Of a stretch of 64,000 nt of DNA, positions 51,745 to 63,289 are shown piece after piece. The position numbers and the translations under genes are program-made. Origin of the DNA: Chiloscyllium plagiosum (taxonomy: Eukaryota). Below the pieces are notes generated by a model. The model worked only from the letters and a program-made list of their open reading frames with translations, was not told where the DNA came from and did no database searches. The stretch is from NCBI RefSeq assembly GCF_004010195.1, contig NC_057719.1:56903187-56967186 (forward strand). Reading direction: 5' to 3'. How positions within the stretch are numbered: position 1 is the stretch's first letter; each line of letters begins with the position of its first letter.

Positions 51745-52080
51745 GCTGTTCTTTGCAGACAAAAATAATCTGTATATACATTGCACCTTTTTCAATTCAA
51801 CAAAATAGGTGACAGCTATTTGCTCGTTTGTTTCTCAGAGTAATGCCCAGATAATGTCAACTTGCGTGGTTTAAAATTTCATCAATGCCTGCTGTTAACA
51901 GCGAACTAGCATCAATGGGTGCATTATCCATGGCAATGCTTCTACCAATCAAATCCACTTGCCAACCAATCAGTATTCTCCTCTCTTGTCAGTTTTCCCC
52001 TTAAATTGGTGTACTTGTAAAATGTTCCAATGAGTGCAAGATGAAAAATGTCTTTTTACAACAATACTCAAAATTCTGCA
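51745..52080 (+). mobile_element. Inverted second copy of Penelope-like family C
   Basis: Diverged reverse complement of 50715-51030. Two CCAAT boxes and a decayed core ccaATGAGTGCAAGATGAAA at 52024-52048. Confidence 0.6.
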
Positions 52081-52964
52081 TTACGAAACAACTAAACATT
52101 TTTCTAAATGATCACCCATAGTCTTGAGCAAAATACTGCAGATTCTGGAAAACTGAAATAAAGTTTAAAACATTGGTAACACTCAGCTGGACAGACAATA
52201 CATGTAGTGATAGAAATAGCTTAATATTTTAGGTCTGTGACCAATCATCAGAACCCCTGAGTGGGACTTGAAACCACATTTTTGCCTGAGGAGACAAAGA
52301 GTGCTACCAAAATGAGCAGTATTGAGATACTTTCAATAATTGATCACTTTAATTCCTCATTAAATCAAAATGACATGCTTGTATATGTTTAGTTGGAGAA
52401 CAGTTTCTGTAACACAGAAAACCATATGGCCCAGGTCAAATGTAAATGAATGGGTTTTCGGTTAATTGCTGTTTAAGAGCTCAGGCTAATGAAAACCCAA
52501 GCCAATGGATTTGAGAATGTCTTGAGGTAAAGCTATAACTGAAAGACATAAGAATATTTTAAACTGATTTAGTTTTGTAATATACTATAAATAAGAGCCC
52601 CTCGGAAATGCGTGCGTTTGTATGGAATTAAGAGTCCATGGTGAGTTTTGTGGTCTTGTTTTTGTTTTGATCTTCTCAGATGTGTCAACTGGGACATCTA
52701 AGACACCAGCATATCATTAAGACATGATACGACAGACATTAGAGTTCACTGGGTGCCATCTTTTCTTGCTAAAAATGTGTGGAGCTGGTAAGCCAGGGAG
52801 ACAAGCTGTTAGAAATCTTCTAAAGTGATTGATATGTCAAAGAATGAATTGAGAGACAGTAGGAAATGATATTAGTAAGATGAGCATTATTTTCTAAGGA
52901 ACCAATCAGGAATCGGCATACACTACCTAGTTGATCCAAAATTGACCACTGACTATACACACAT

Positions 52965-53335
52965 TATTCAAATAGGCCAGGGCTGTTTTCCCTGAAGCGT
53001 CAGAGGCTGAGAGGTTTATAAAATCATGAGGCAATGTATAGGGTAAATAGATAAGGTCTTTCCTTGGGGTGGAACAGTCCAGAATTAGAGGGTAAAGGTT
53101 TAGAGTGAGAGGGAAAAAATTTAAAAAGGATCTAAGGGGCAACTTTTTCATGCAATGAGTGGGCAGAGGAACAACATTTAAAAGATATCTGGATGGGTAT
53201 ATGAATAGGAAGGAGTTTAGAGGAATACAGGCCAAGTGCTAGCAAATGGATCTGGATTAGGTTAGAATATCTGGTCGGCAGGGACGAGTTGGACCGAAGG
53301 ATGTTTCTGTGCTGTACATCTCGATGACTCTATTA
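52965..53335 (+). mobile_element. CR1 3' end
   Basis: aggggcaacttttt..ggaccgaagg..ctgtacatctc tail. Confidence 0.85.
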
Positions 53336-55194
53336 ATAAATCTATTAAGAGTTCAGTATGTCTCCGATCATACATAAGGGCTTGTGGCTAATATAGGTTA
53401 ATAAGGTCCGGGCTTCAGTGGTTTGATGCAACATAAGGAATATCGAACACAAAAGAAAAACTTCAGTCAACAGAACAGAACGAAAGATCCGTATCCAGTC
53501 AACCAATAATTCAAACAGATATTGGTAGCACCCGAAAAGACTTCTACTTTTATTCAGCATTTTCTTTGTATTTGTTATGGGTTTTACAGAATGTATCAAG
53601 TTTATGAAAACATTGTACAATTAATTCATACAATTTTTATGACTAAAGTTCAAATGAACTCCAAAATCTTACTGGTTTCTCCACAGGCTTCTTTTATTAA
53701 ATCAAATTCAGAAAAATACTTGATAAATCTAGGAAACCTCATGTATTTAACTGAAGGATTAAGGCTTTTTTTTGAAAAGTTAACCTTGTCCACTTGAAAA
53801 TTAAATAACAAAATGTTGAGAACACCAATATTAAATTGTGATTTTCTAACTTAATATAAATTTTGGATTCAACTTGTAAACTTGATGTTTTGAAGCCTTA
53901 ATATACAACACATTAAAAAGGTGAAAATGGTGTGCCTTGTATGGTTAAATAATTATAAATATCTGAACTGCAGACTTAAAATGACACACACGAAAATAAT
54001 GAAGTGGCCACAACACCAAATTATCCTTCCCGAACACTCTACTACAGAAAAATATAAATAAATTCCCCTAAGTCAATCGTTGATGTATTAGCATCTTTAG
54101 CTTTTCTTAATCTGGATGTTCCTTTTTAAAAGTCATATGTCTATTATGAGGAAAATGTAGTGCTGCCTTTTTTGAAATATTCCACGATAGTTTGTTACAA
54201 AGTTCTAAATCTTGACATGGAACAATTGTGAAATTAGAACATTAACTGGATCAGTCGTAATTACTAGACTGCATATCATTTACACTCACCCATATTTCTG
54301 TAGCAGTAACATAGCAAAATGCAGTGTCTATTTACTTCTACAAAATGAAAAACAACTTTTGGAGTGCACATGTGCAATTAAACTCCGAAATCTAGATATT
54401 CTTGTCAGTGATCCCAGGAATGATTTTACAACCGCTGAAGAAGTCAGCAGGCAGCTGACAAACAGAGATGGAGACTATCCAACAGCCATACAAGTGGAAC
54501 AAGGTTAAAGTGGTAGGGAATTGGACATCTTTCTACTCAACAAGAGGAAATCAATGTCCTTATGGCATTGTCCAATCTGATTGGCCAGCAGCTCTAAGAG
54601 CTTACTTAGGAGTGGATACTGATAACCAGTCCTACTGAGAAAGCCTAATGATTTCAGCGTGAAGTCAGTCAAAGATACTCAGCAGGAACAAGTGAGAGGG
54701 GTGTGTTTGAGAAAGCAGATTCGTAGGGATGAAGAAGGTTACAGACGAAGGGTTGGTGTAAGTCAGCTATAGTGTCTTCCTGCCAGCTGCCCATATCCAA
54801 ATGACTGTCATGTATTTTATGGCATAGGCAGTGTATAATTCAGTTCAACCGGCTTGTAAACAACCCAACTGTTTAACCATTTGCATATGTTAATCAGGCT
54901 GCCAATTTCTGCAGCCACCCACTTTGTGTATTATGGGCAGCTCAGGGATGGGTGGGAAGGTAGTGGGCTGTCCAGTGTCCTTCCCGCATCTTGAAAACAT
55001 GTTCAGTTGTGACATGTAAAATCCAGCCACAAATAACTGGAAAAAAGGAAAACCGATTCTCAGGGACTGCTAGGTTTTTGAGGGCAGCCTCCACAGTTTT
55101 ATAGCAAGCAGAACTGCTTCTCTGTTGATCATCAGTTTGGCCATTGTTGTTACTGTTATACTATATTACAACATTTCAAAGAGCAAGAGAGTTA

Positions 55195-55400
55195 CTCCTG
55201 GCATCAAAGTCAATATTCTTATCTCAATTAATATCATTCAAAGAACAGATTATCTGTTTATCATAGTTCTGTCTCCGGCAACTAGTAAATTGGCTACTGT
55301 ATTACATACAACAGTGACTACAACTCATAAGTATTTCATTAGCTACAAAGCACACTGAGATATCCTGAGGTCTGAAAAGCATTATATAAATGCATATCTG
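55195..55400 (+). mobile_element. DeuSINE-like remnant
   Basis: acagattatctg..aaattggctactg..acaacagtgactaca..cctgagg..ttatataaatgca resembles the recalled Deu domain and tail. Confidence 0.55.
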
Positions 55401-55627
55401 ACTTGTCATTTTCTGCTCATTATTCTAGCAAAATTAGAATGGCCCACAAAGCAGAGACATACAACTTCACTCGTGAGAAACTAGAGACAAGACACTAGAT
55501 TTACAGCAAAAGTAGAGATTTGTCCTTCAGAAAAACTGACAATTTAAGATTCATGTCAGGTTTAAATGCCGAAGTTTTAATTCAAGCTTTAGTATCAACA
55601 TGGACCTTTGATTTTAATGATAAGTAC

Positions 55628-55831
55628 CTCCTCCTGTTTATTTTTCTCCAGTGGATAAGAACCACCATGCTCTCCAGCACTGACTAAATTTATGACACTT
55701 GTTGAAGGAGAATAGCCCAAGTCTTCAGCCTCTTTCATAAATACAGGCTTGTCCTCTTGTTGAATCCATTCCTGATAAACTTTAACTACTCTTCGCATGG
55801 CCGCAGCTTCACAGATGGGCAACAGAAAAGC
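55628..55831 (-). CDS. RALGAPA1: RALGAPA1 exon [14 protein letters not shown]...KNKQEE, 204 nt, phase 0 to 0
   Basis: Acceptor ttccttag|GCT and donor GAG|gtactt. Conserved [26 protein letters not shown]. Confidence 0.93.
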
Positions 55832-55974
55832 CTAAGGAACATAAAAATATGCATGCTTATTGGTGTGGTAAATAATTATTAATTAAATTAGATTTTGTTT
55901 ATTGTTGAGAGACAAGTTACAAGTTAGATGGTGCTATTTTCCAAGGTTCAAAAAATTCTAACAGTAGAAACAAA

Positions 55975-56200
55975 TACTGAACATGAGCGAGAAGCTCAGA
56001 AGATCTGGCAGCATCGGTGAAGTGAGAAACAGTTAATGTTTCAAGTTCAGTATTACTCTTCTTCAGAACTTCTGAAGAGTTATGAATAATCATATAAGAC
56101 TTGATATATTAAATTGTTCTCTGTCCATAGATGGTGCCAGACCTTGTAAGTTTCTCCAGCATTTTATGCTTATTTCAGATTTCCAGCAGCCACAGTATTT
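55975..56200. repeat. Old palindromic Penelope-derived element with back-to-back decayed hammerhead-like cores
   Basis: Arms gaagctcagaagatctggcagcatc and gatggtgccagaccttgtaagtttctcc. Centre cttcagaacttctgaag. Confidence 0.55.
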
Positions 56201-56299
56201 AACTTATATGTTAATAGTAGAAAAGTTTGTTCTTTGTCATCACTGATCTATTTCAAACAGTACTAAAGATTTTCATTACAGTTTAAGACTGGATGTGTG

Positions 56300-56745
56300 G
56301 GGGTCGGTCAGGAGCAATGACCTAGACTGTCAATCCATAAATTCAGCTGATGTTCAGGAGACCTGGATTCATTAAAGAATGTGGAATTAATGGCTGTAAT
56401 GATGACCATGAAACCATTATTATTTGTTGGAAAAACTCCAATTGGTTCACCAATGTCCTTTATGGAAGGATGAAAGGTCCTGACATGAAACGTCTACTCT
56501 CCTGCTCCTCTGATGCTGCTTGACCTGCTGTGCTTTTTCCAGCTCCACATTTTATCGACTCTGACTTTCCAGTATCTGTAGTCCTCACTATCTCCAATCT
56601 GTCATTCTTACCTGGTCTGGCCTACATGTGATTTCAGACCCACAGCAATGCGTTGATTCTTAACTGCCCTTTGGGCAATTAGGGATGGGGAATAAGTGCT
56701 GGCCTAGCCAGACAGGCTTACATCCCATGAGTGAATTTAAAAAAT
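56300..56745 (+). mobile_element. SINE made of the head and tail of the 46640 LINE; interrupted by a Penelope-derived piece (about 56470-56595)
   Basis: 56370-56670 resembles 46740-46904, and 56673-56745 resembles 49777-49826. Confidence 0.7.
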
Positions 56746-56986
56746 TTACTCTGCTGTCCATACAATTGTGGGAAGATTTTAAATTTGATGTTAAGTTACT
56801 TCTCCTGTAGCTAGATTTTAAACAGAAAACATTTAGTCAATTTTAGAATGGAGGCATGACTTTTGAATCTCTCAAGGATGAGGGACACTACACATCATGC
56901 TAAATTACAAAAACATTGAATGAATTTAAGGTGAAAGTATTATTAGCAGAAATTTACAATACTATAAGTAAGTATGCACAAGTTAC

Positions 56987-57223
56987 CTGTCGAAAAACCT
57001 CTATAATAAAATTCACGTTCTCTCTTGAGGAGTAGAAAACTTTGCGCACTATTTCCATATCTGTTAGATGCTCTTCATCAACACTACACAGACTAGATGA
57101 ACTGGGCTCTCGCTCAGTTAGGGTGCTGGTGTTAGAATGGGATTGCTCCAGCTCAGCACTGCCATCTCCGGAATCCCCACGGCAGGAGCCCTCTTCACGG
57201 GCAGCCAAACCAGCAGCTGCTCT
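56987..57223 (-). CDS. RALGAPA1: RALGAPA1 exon RAAAGL...IIEVFRQ, 237 nt, phase 0 to 0
   Basis: Acceptor ttctccag|AGA and donor CAG|gtaact. Contains [30 protein letters not shown]. Confidence 0.95.
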
Positions 57224-57310
57224 CTGGAGAAAGAAAATTATTTTATATAAAAATTCATATTCACCTTTCATATAAAAATTAAAATAATGCGTCAGCTTAT
57301 AATCACTCAC

Positions 57311-57519
57311 CTGAATATTCTTTGGTACATTTTCACCTTCAACTCCAGGAATCTGGAGTCCTAGATTGGCTTTTGGCTCAAACCAGAAAGATACCAACCA
57401 ACGGATAACTGAGACACGAGCAGACAAAAATGCATCTTTTGTTGAATATGTTGTTTCGTTAGTCTCTGGATCTTTCTTTGTCATAATATAACAGGGCTTT
57501 GATCTCAATTGTGGGACAT
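57311..57519 (-). CDS. RALGAPA1: RALGAPA1 exon (D)VPQLRSKP...GENVPKNIQ, 209 nt, phase 1 to 0
   Basis: Acceptor ttccag|ATGTC and donor ATTCAG|gtgagt. Encodes [13 protein letters not shown]. Confidence 0.95.
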
Positions 57520-58024
57520 CTGGAAACAAAATTATTTTAAATTCTCAAAAAAATGTAATAATACCACATGGAATTTTTCAGTACAACTCCAATATATTTA
57601 CATAGTCTTGGTATTACTGCTTCATATGTTCAGAGATGAAAAATAACATGACTAGGTCATTCAGCTCTTTGAACACATTCCACTATTTAATTAGATCATG
57701 GCTGATATGGACCACAACCCGACCTTTGTTCCAAACTGCGTGACCCAGCCAAAAACTACTTCATTAATTTTCATTGACCAAGCATGAACGCATGGGAAAT
57801 TTCTAGATTTTTATTAACCACTGAATGAAAACGTGCCTTCTGAGCTTTTTTAACTAGAAAGAAACAGCAAGCCTCTGCTGAACTTGAAAAATTCCAGAAA
57901 TTTCAAATTGCTGGAAGATCCAGAAAATTTTGTTCCAGTTTATACCAAAAACAGTGCCTTAAAATTGTGTCACATGTAGCGGAAATATCTAATTTTGCAA
58001 AACAACTGAAGTTATAGCTTACAA

Positions 58025-58220
58025 CAGGGAATGGTTAGCTCAGTTGGGTGGACGGCTGGTTTGCAATGCAATAGCGCAAACAGCAGGAGTTCAATTCCTA
58101 CCCCAGCTGAGATTACCATAAAAATTTCTCCTTCTCAATCTCTCCCCTCACCTGAGGCATGGTGACCCACAGGTCCAATCACCTTCCTCTATAACCTGGT
58201 TAGATTATGGCAACTTTACC
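58025..58220 (+). mobile_element. tRNA-derived SINE of another family
   Basis: A box TAGCTCAGTTGG and B box GTTCAATTCC, followed by a non-tRNA body. Confidence 0.6.
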
Positions 58221-58375
58221 TTTATTGTTAGTGAGTGAAAAATCAATAAATTCAAAACGCTTGCACTAGTCATTGAAAATTTCAGCAAATAGTTTTATGA
58301 AAGGGAAATCATATTTAACAAATTTATCAGTTCTGTGATTAACAAGTAGGGTAGATAAAGGGGAACCAATAAATG

Positions 58376-59098
58376 TCAGAGTCAGAGATGTACAGCACGG
58401 AAACAGACCCTTCGTCCAATTCGTCCAGGCCGACGAGATATCCCAACCCAATCTAGTTCCACCGGCCAGCACCCGGCCCATATCCCTCTAAACTTTTCCG
58501 ATTCATATACCCATCCAGATGCCTTTCAAATGTTGCAATGTTGCAAATGTTCCATTTCCTCTGGCAGCCTATTCCACACACCCACCACCCTCTGCGTGAA
58601 AAAGTTGTCCCTTAGGTCTCTTTTATATCTTTCCCCTCTCACCCTAAACCTATGCCCTCTAGTTCTGGACTCGCCCAGCCCAGGGAAAAGACTTCGTCTA
58701 TTTACCCTATCCATGCCCCTCATGACTTTCTAAACTTCCATAAGGAAAACAGCCCCAGCCTATTCAACCTCTGCCGATAGCTCAAATTCTCCAACTCTGG
58801 CAACATCCTTGTAAATCTTTTCTGAACCCTTTCAAGTTTCACAACATCTTCCAATAGGAAGGAGATCAGAATTGCACACAATATTCCAAAAGTGGCCTAA
58901 CCAATGAACTGTACAGCTGCAACATGATCTCCCAACTCCTATACTCAATACTCTGACCAATAAAAAAAAGCATACTAAAGCATAGGTAGATAGCCACCTT
59001 CACTATCCTATCTACCTATGACTCTAATTTCAAGAAGCTATGAACCTGTACTCCAAGTCTCTTTGTTAAGCAATACTCCCTAGGCCCTTACCATTAAG
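58376..59098 (-). mobile_element. CR1 3' end nested in an older plus-strand CR1 (about 58280-60140)
   Basis: RDLRDNFFTQRVVGVWNRLPEE. The host's GEP..IYL.FQKAF.K motif is split by the insert. Confidence 0.85.
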
Positions 59099-60404
59099 TC
59101 CATATATTTGAATTTCCAAAAGGCATTCAATAAGCTATTGCACATAAGGCTACTTAATAGTAGTGGGTGTAGCAAGTGAGCATGGATAAAGAATTGGTTA
59201 ACTAATAAAAGAGAATTGGGGGAAAAGGGGCATTTTCAGATTCTGGAGGACCATGGGGACCACAATTTGTCACAGCATATATTAATGAGTTAGCCGATAG
59301 AAGCGAAAGCAAGACAGTTAAGTTTGCAAATGACACAAAAATAAGTGAGAAGGCAATTAGAAAGGATTATATAGTCAACAGTCAGGTTAAGTGGGTGGGC
59401 AAAAACTTGGCAGATGAAAAATAATTTGGGAGAATATCAGGTTATGCACTTTGGCAGGAAGAATATATGAATTGAGAATTATTTTAATTGGAAAAGACTG
59501 CAGAAAACTGCAGCACAGAATATGTGGGGATCCTACTGCCTGAATCGTAAAAAGTTAACATCCTGTTTCCACAAGTAACAGGGAAGGCAAGTGGAACTGT
59601 GGTCTTTATTTCAAAAGGGAGGGAAAAATGATAAAATCATACAAGGGTCTAGTCAGCCACAGCTGAAATATTGTGAAGAATCTTGATCTCCTACCGAAGG
59701 AAAGATATACTGGATTGAAAGGAGTCTACAGAAGGTTAACCACAATGATCCGAAGTGTAAAGGAGCTTTCTTATGAGTAGGTGGGGTTTGTACTCGTTGG
59801 TGTTTAGAAGGATGGGAAGAAACATACAAGATTCTTATGATGTTTGACTGGGTAGACACGAAGAGATTGTTTCTTCTTGTGAGAGATACAAGGCCCAAAG
59901 GACATAATCTCAGAGTAAGGGGTCATCCTTTGAAAACAGAGATGAGATGGAATTTTTCTGTCAGAGGGTGGTAAGTCTATGGAATTCTTCACCACAGAGA
60001 GCTTGTAAGGCCAGGTCAATAAGTATTTTCAAGACCTGGATAGACAGATTTCAAATTATTCAGGGAACTAAATGATTATGGAGATAAGGCGGCAACATGG
60101 AGTTGAGGATGATCAGATCAAATATGACTCATTCAATGACAATCAAGGTCATGCTTAAAAACAAATAAAGAATCAGAGTAAAAAAAAGTCAAACTTCAGT
60201 GGAATTTGTTACATAGATAGGGTATGTCCCAAGGAAGAACAAATCAGTTATTTTGATTATGTAGACCCTGATATATTTTTAAAAGATCTGTTGTAGAGAC
60301 AATTTGCTTCTTTAAAGAATATTATTGATAATTTCACGAATGTGAGGATCATCTCAGCTCCTAAGATGCAATTATACTGTAAGTAGAGCTTTCAGAGCAC
60401 GCTA

Positions 60405-60702
60405 TTAGATTTGATTACTTACAGTGTGGAAACAGGCCCTTCGGCCCAACAAGTCCACACCGACCCTCTGAAGAGCAACCCACCAGACCTATTCTCCCAC
60501 ATTTACCCCTTCACCTAACACTACGGGCAATTTAACATGGCCAATTCACCTAACCTGCACATTTTTGGACTGTGGGAGGAAACCCACACAGACACGGGGA
60601 GAATGTGCAAACTCCACACAAACAGTTGCCTGAGGCGGGAATTGAACCCAGGTCTCTGGCGCTGTGAAGCAGCAGTGCTAACCACTGTGCCACCGTGCGC
60701 CC
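60405..60702 (-). mobile_element. HE1-like tRNA-derived SINE
   Basis: Very similar to 17133-17447. Confidence 0.85.
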
Positions 60703-62750
60703 ATTAGTTGTAGTTTGGATCTGGATCTTTCTCAATGAGATGGAGGCTCTTAACAGAAACATTCCTTGCACACAGATCTCATTTTGACTAAGCTTTGGGC
60801 TAAAAATGGGAAAAGATACTGCTTTACCCCAAGGAAACCTTGTAAGAAGGTATTTCTATTTTGACAGGCAAGTTACTAGAACACATTGTGAGTTGGGTCT
60901 ACAAGTGTGGTTTTTTTCCAAGCAGTGAAGGAAAATTCCAGACTGAACGGCACCACTGTGGTGTTCAAGTAATTTTGCTCAGAGACAGAGACAGTCTTAA
61001 AACTGGCTTTTCAATCAAGGCCAATTGCTGTGGGCTCAGGTGGACTCAGTACAGTAACAACAGATTGACTGATTCCTGGGCAGGTGGCTACATAGTCTTG
61101 GATGTGAACAATACAACTGAAACAGCCGTCCTGCAAAAAGAAAGTATTCATCTCTCTCTCTCTCTCGCTCTCTTCCTGTGGAGAAGTAAAAGAAAATCTG
61201 TAGTAGCTAGCTACTCTCCTGCACCTTTCTCTGCAAGTTAATCCTTTTACAAATCCTTGTTGGAAGGAAAAGGAGAGAAACGACTTTCAGAGGCAATAAA
61301 AGGGTAAATCCTCAACCAATGAATGAAAGATTGAGAACTGGTGTATGCACTACTCATGTCATTAGCAAAGAGTTGAAAGAAAGATGAAAGAAAGCAATTC
61401 ATTGATGTTAGAGTGATGGCAGAACTGCACTCCTGATTGTGGGGGGAGGGGAACAATGCATTTGTCTTGTCTCATAACTTTGTGTCTGTTTGAATGCTTG
61501 TGACAATTTTAAGAAAGGCGTAGGGATCAACTTACAGAATTACAGATTAGAAACAGAACTTGTCTCTTTTTGCCATTGGTTAAAAACACCTCCCTGGCAG
61601 CATGTTCCAGGCACCTACACCCTCTGTATGAACTTTTCTCACACATCTCCCAAACACTTCCTCTCTCATCTTACTATTTGACATAAGCACCATGTCACAA
61701 TTTTTATATACTTCTATCTGGTCTCCCCCTCAGCTTCTGATGCTCTTGCAAAAACAATCCAAGTTTGTCCAAACTCTCCTGATCGTTAATACACTCTAAT
61801 CCAGGTAACATCCTGATAGACCTCTTTTGCACCTTCACATCCTTCCTACAGTGTGGTGACCCAAACTACACAGAATACTCCAAATACAGCCAAATTAAAA
61901 TCTTAAACAGCTGCAACATAACTTACCAACTGCTACACTCAATGATGAAGGTAAACGTGCATTATGCCTTCTTTTCTTTATGCTCAGAATGATCCTGCCA
62001 TTAACTGTATATTTTCCTCTTGCTTCTGACTTCCCAAAATACATTACCTCACACTTGTCTAGATTAAACTCCATTTGCCAATTTTCCACCCAGTTTTCCA
62101 ACTGATCTATATCCTGCTGTATCTTTTGATAACATTTCTCATTATCCACAACTCCACTAATTCAAGTTATTCACATGTTACAAACAACAGAGGTCCCCGT
62201 ACTGATCCTTATGGAACATCACTGGTCACAGACTTTCAGTCAGAAAAACATCCCTCCTCAATAATTCCTATCTCCTTCAGGCAAACTAATGTACCAAGGA
62301 TCCCATACGACTTAATCTTTTTGACCAACCAACCATGAGGGACCTTGTCAAATGCTTGAGTAATATCCACGTAGACAACATCTACTGCCCTATTCTCAAT
62401 TATCTGCATCACTTCCTTAAGAAACTCCATCAAATTTGTGAGACAAGACCTCCCTGGAATACAGCCATGCTGACTAGCCCTAGTAAGCGAATTCTTTTCC
62501 AAATGTCAGTAAATCTTGCCCCTAAGAATCTTCTCCACTAAGTTCCCCATCACAGATGGAAAGCTCAGTGGTGTATAATTTCCTGGATTATCCTTATTGT
62601 CCTTCTTAAACATAATAGCATTGGTTATACTCCAGTCTTCTGGAATCTCATCTGTGGCTAAACAGGATACAAAGATCAAAGTTTGTGAAAAGATTTGTAG
62701 CTCGGGTGCTCGTTGTTGTGGTTCTGTTCGCCGAGCTGGGAATTTGTGTT

Positions 62751-62790
62751 GCAGATGTTTCGTCCCCTGTCGAGGTGACATCCTCAGTGC
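62751..62790 (-). ncRNA. Minimal type I hammerhead ribozyme motif (family A, copy 1)
   Basis: GCA CUGAGGA U GUCACCU CGAC AGGGGAC GAAAC AUC UGC. Confidence 0.7.
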
Positions 62791-63251
62791 TTGGGAGCCT
62801 CCTGTGAAGCGCTTCTGTGATCTTTCCTCCGGCATTTATAGTGGTTTGAATCTGCTGCTTCTGGTTGTCAGTTCCAGCTGTCCATTGCAGTGGTCGGTAT
62901 ATTGGGTCCAGGTCGATGTGCTTATTGATTGAATCTGTGGATGAGTGCCATGCCTCTAGGAATTCCCTGGCTGTTCTCTGTTTGGCTTGTCCTATAATAG
63001 TAGTGTTGTCCCAGTCGAATTCATGTTGCTTGTCATCTGCGTGTAGGGCTACTAAGGATAGCTGGTCGTGTCGTTTCGTGGCTAGTTGGTGTGGCACTCA
63101 TCCACAGATTCAATCAATAAGCACATCGACCTGGACCCAATATACCGACCACTGCAACGCACAGCTGGAACTGACAACCGGAAGCGGCAGATTCGAACCA
63201 CTATAAATGCCAGAGGATAGATCACAGAAGCGCTTCACAGGAGGCTCCCAA

Positions 63252-63289
63252 GCACTGAGGATGTCACCTAGACGGGACGAAACGTCCGC
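63252..63289 (+). ncRNA. Minimal type I hammerhead ribozyme motif (family A, copy 2)
   Basis: GCA CUGAGGA U GUCACC UAGAC GGGAC GAAAC GUC CGC. Confidence 0.7.

Larger units (their letters stand above)
5803..57519 (-). other. RALGAPA1: RALGAPA1 gene, internal part (extends beyond both window ends)
   Basis: Eleven minus-strand exons with GT-AG boundaries splice in frame (1974 nt via the short path). The peptide is collinear with vertebrate RalGAP alpha-1 as recalled: [87 protein letters not shown]. The motifs match alpha-1 better than alpha-2. Confidence 0.95.

Noticed and set aside
56954..57529. Single 191-aa ORF read as one exon or gene
   Set aside because: It is two RALGAPA1 exons read through an 87-nt GT-AG intron.
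58025..58105. tRNA gene
   Set aside because: A and B boxes are present, but there is no convincing cloverleaf or terminator, and it runs into a SINE-like body.
61200..61500. Possible upstream RALGAPA1 exon
   Set aside because: No frame resembles the expected preceding peptide (SLEWKNKENQ...YLPYIFP), so that exon probably lies beyond the window.
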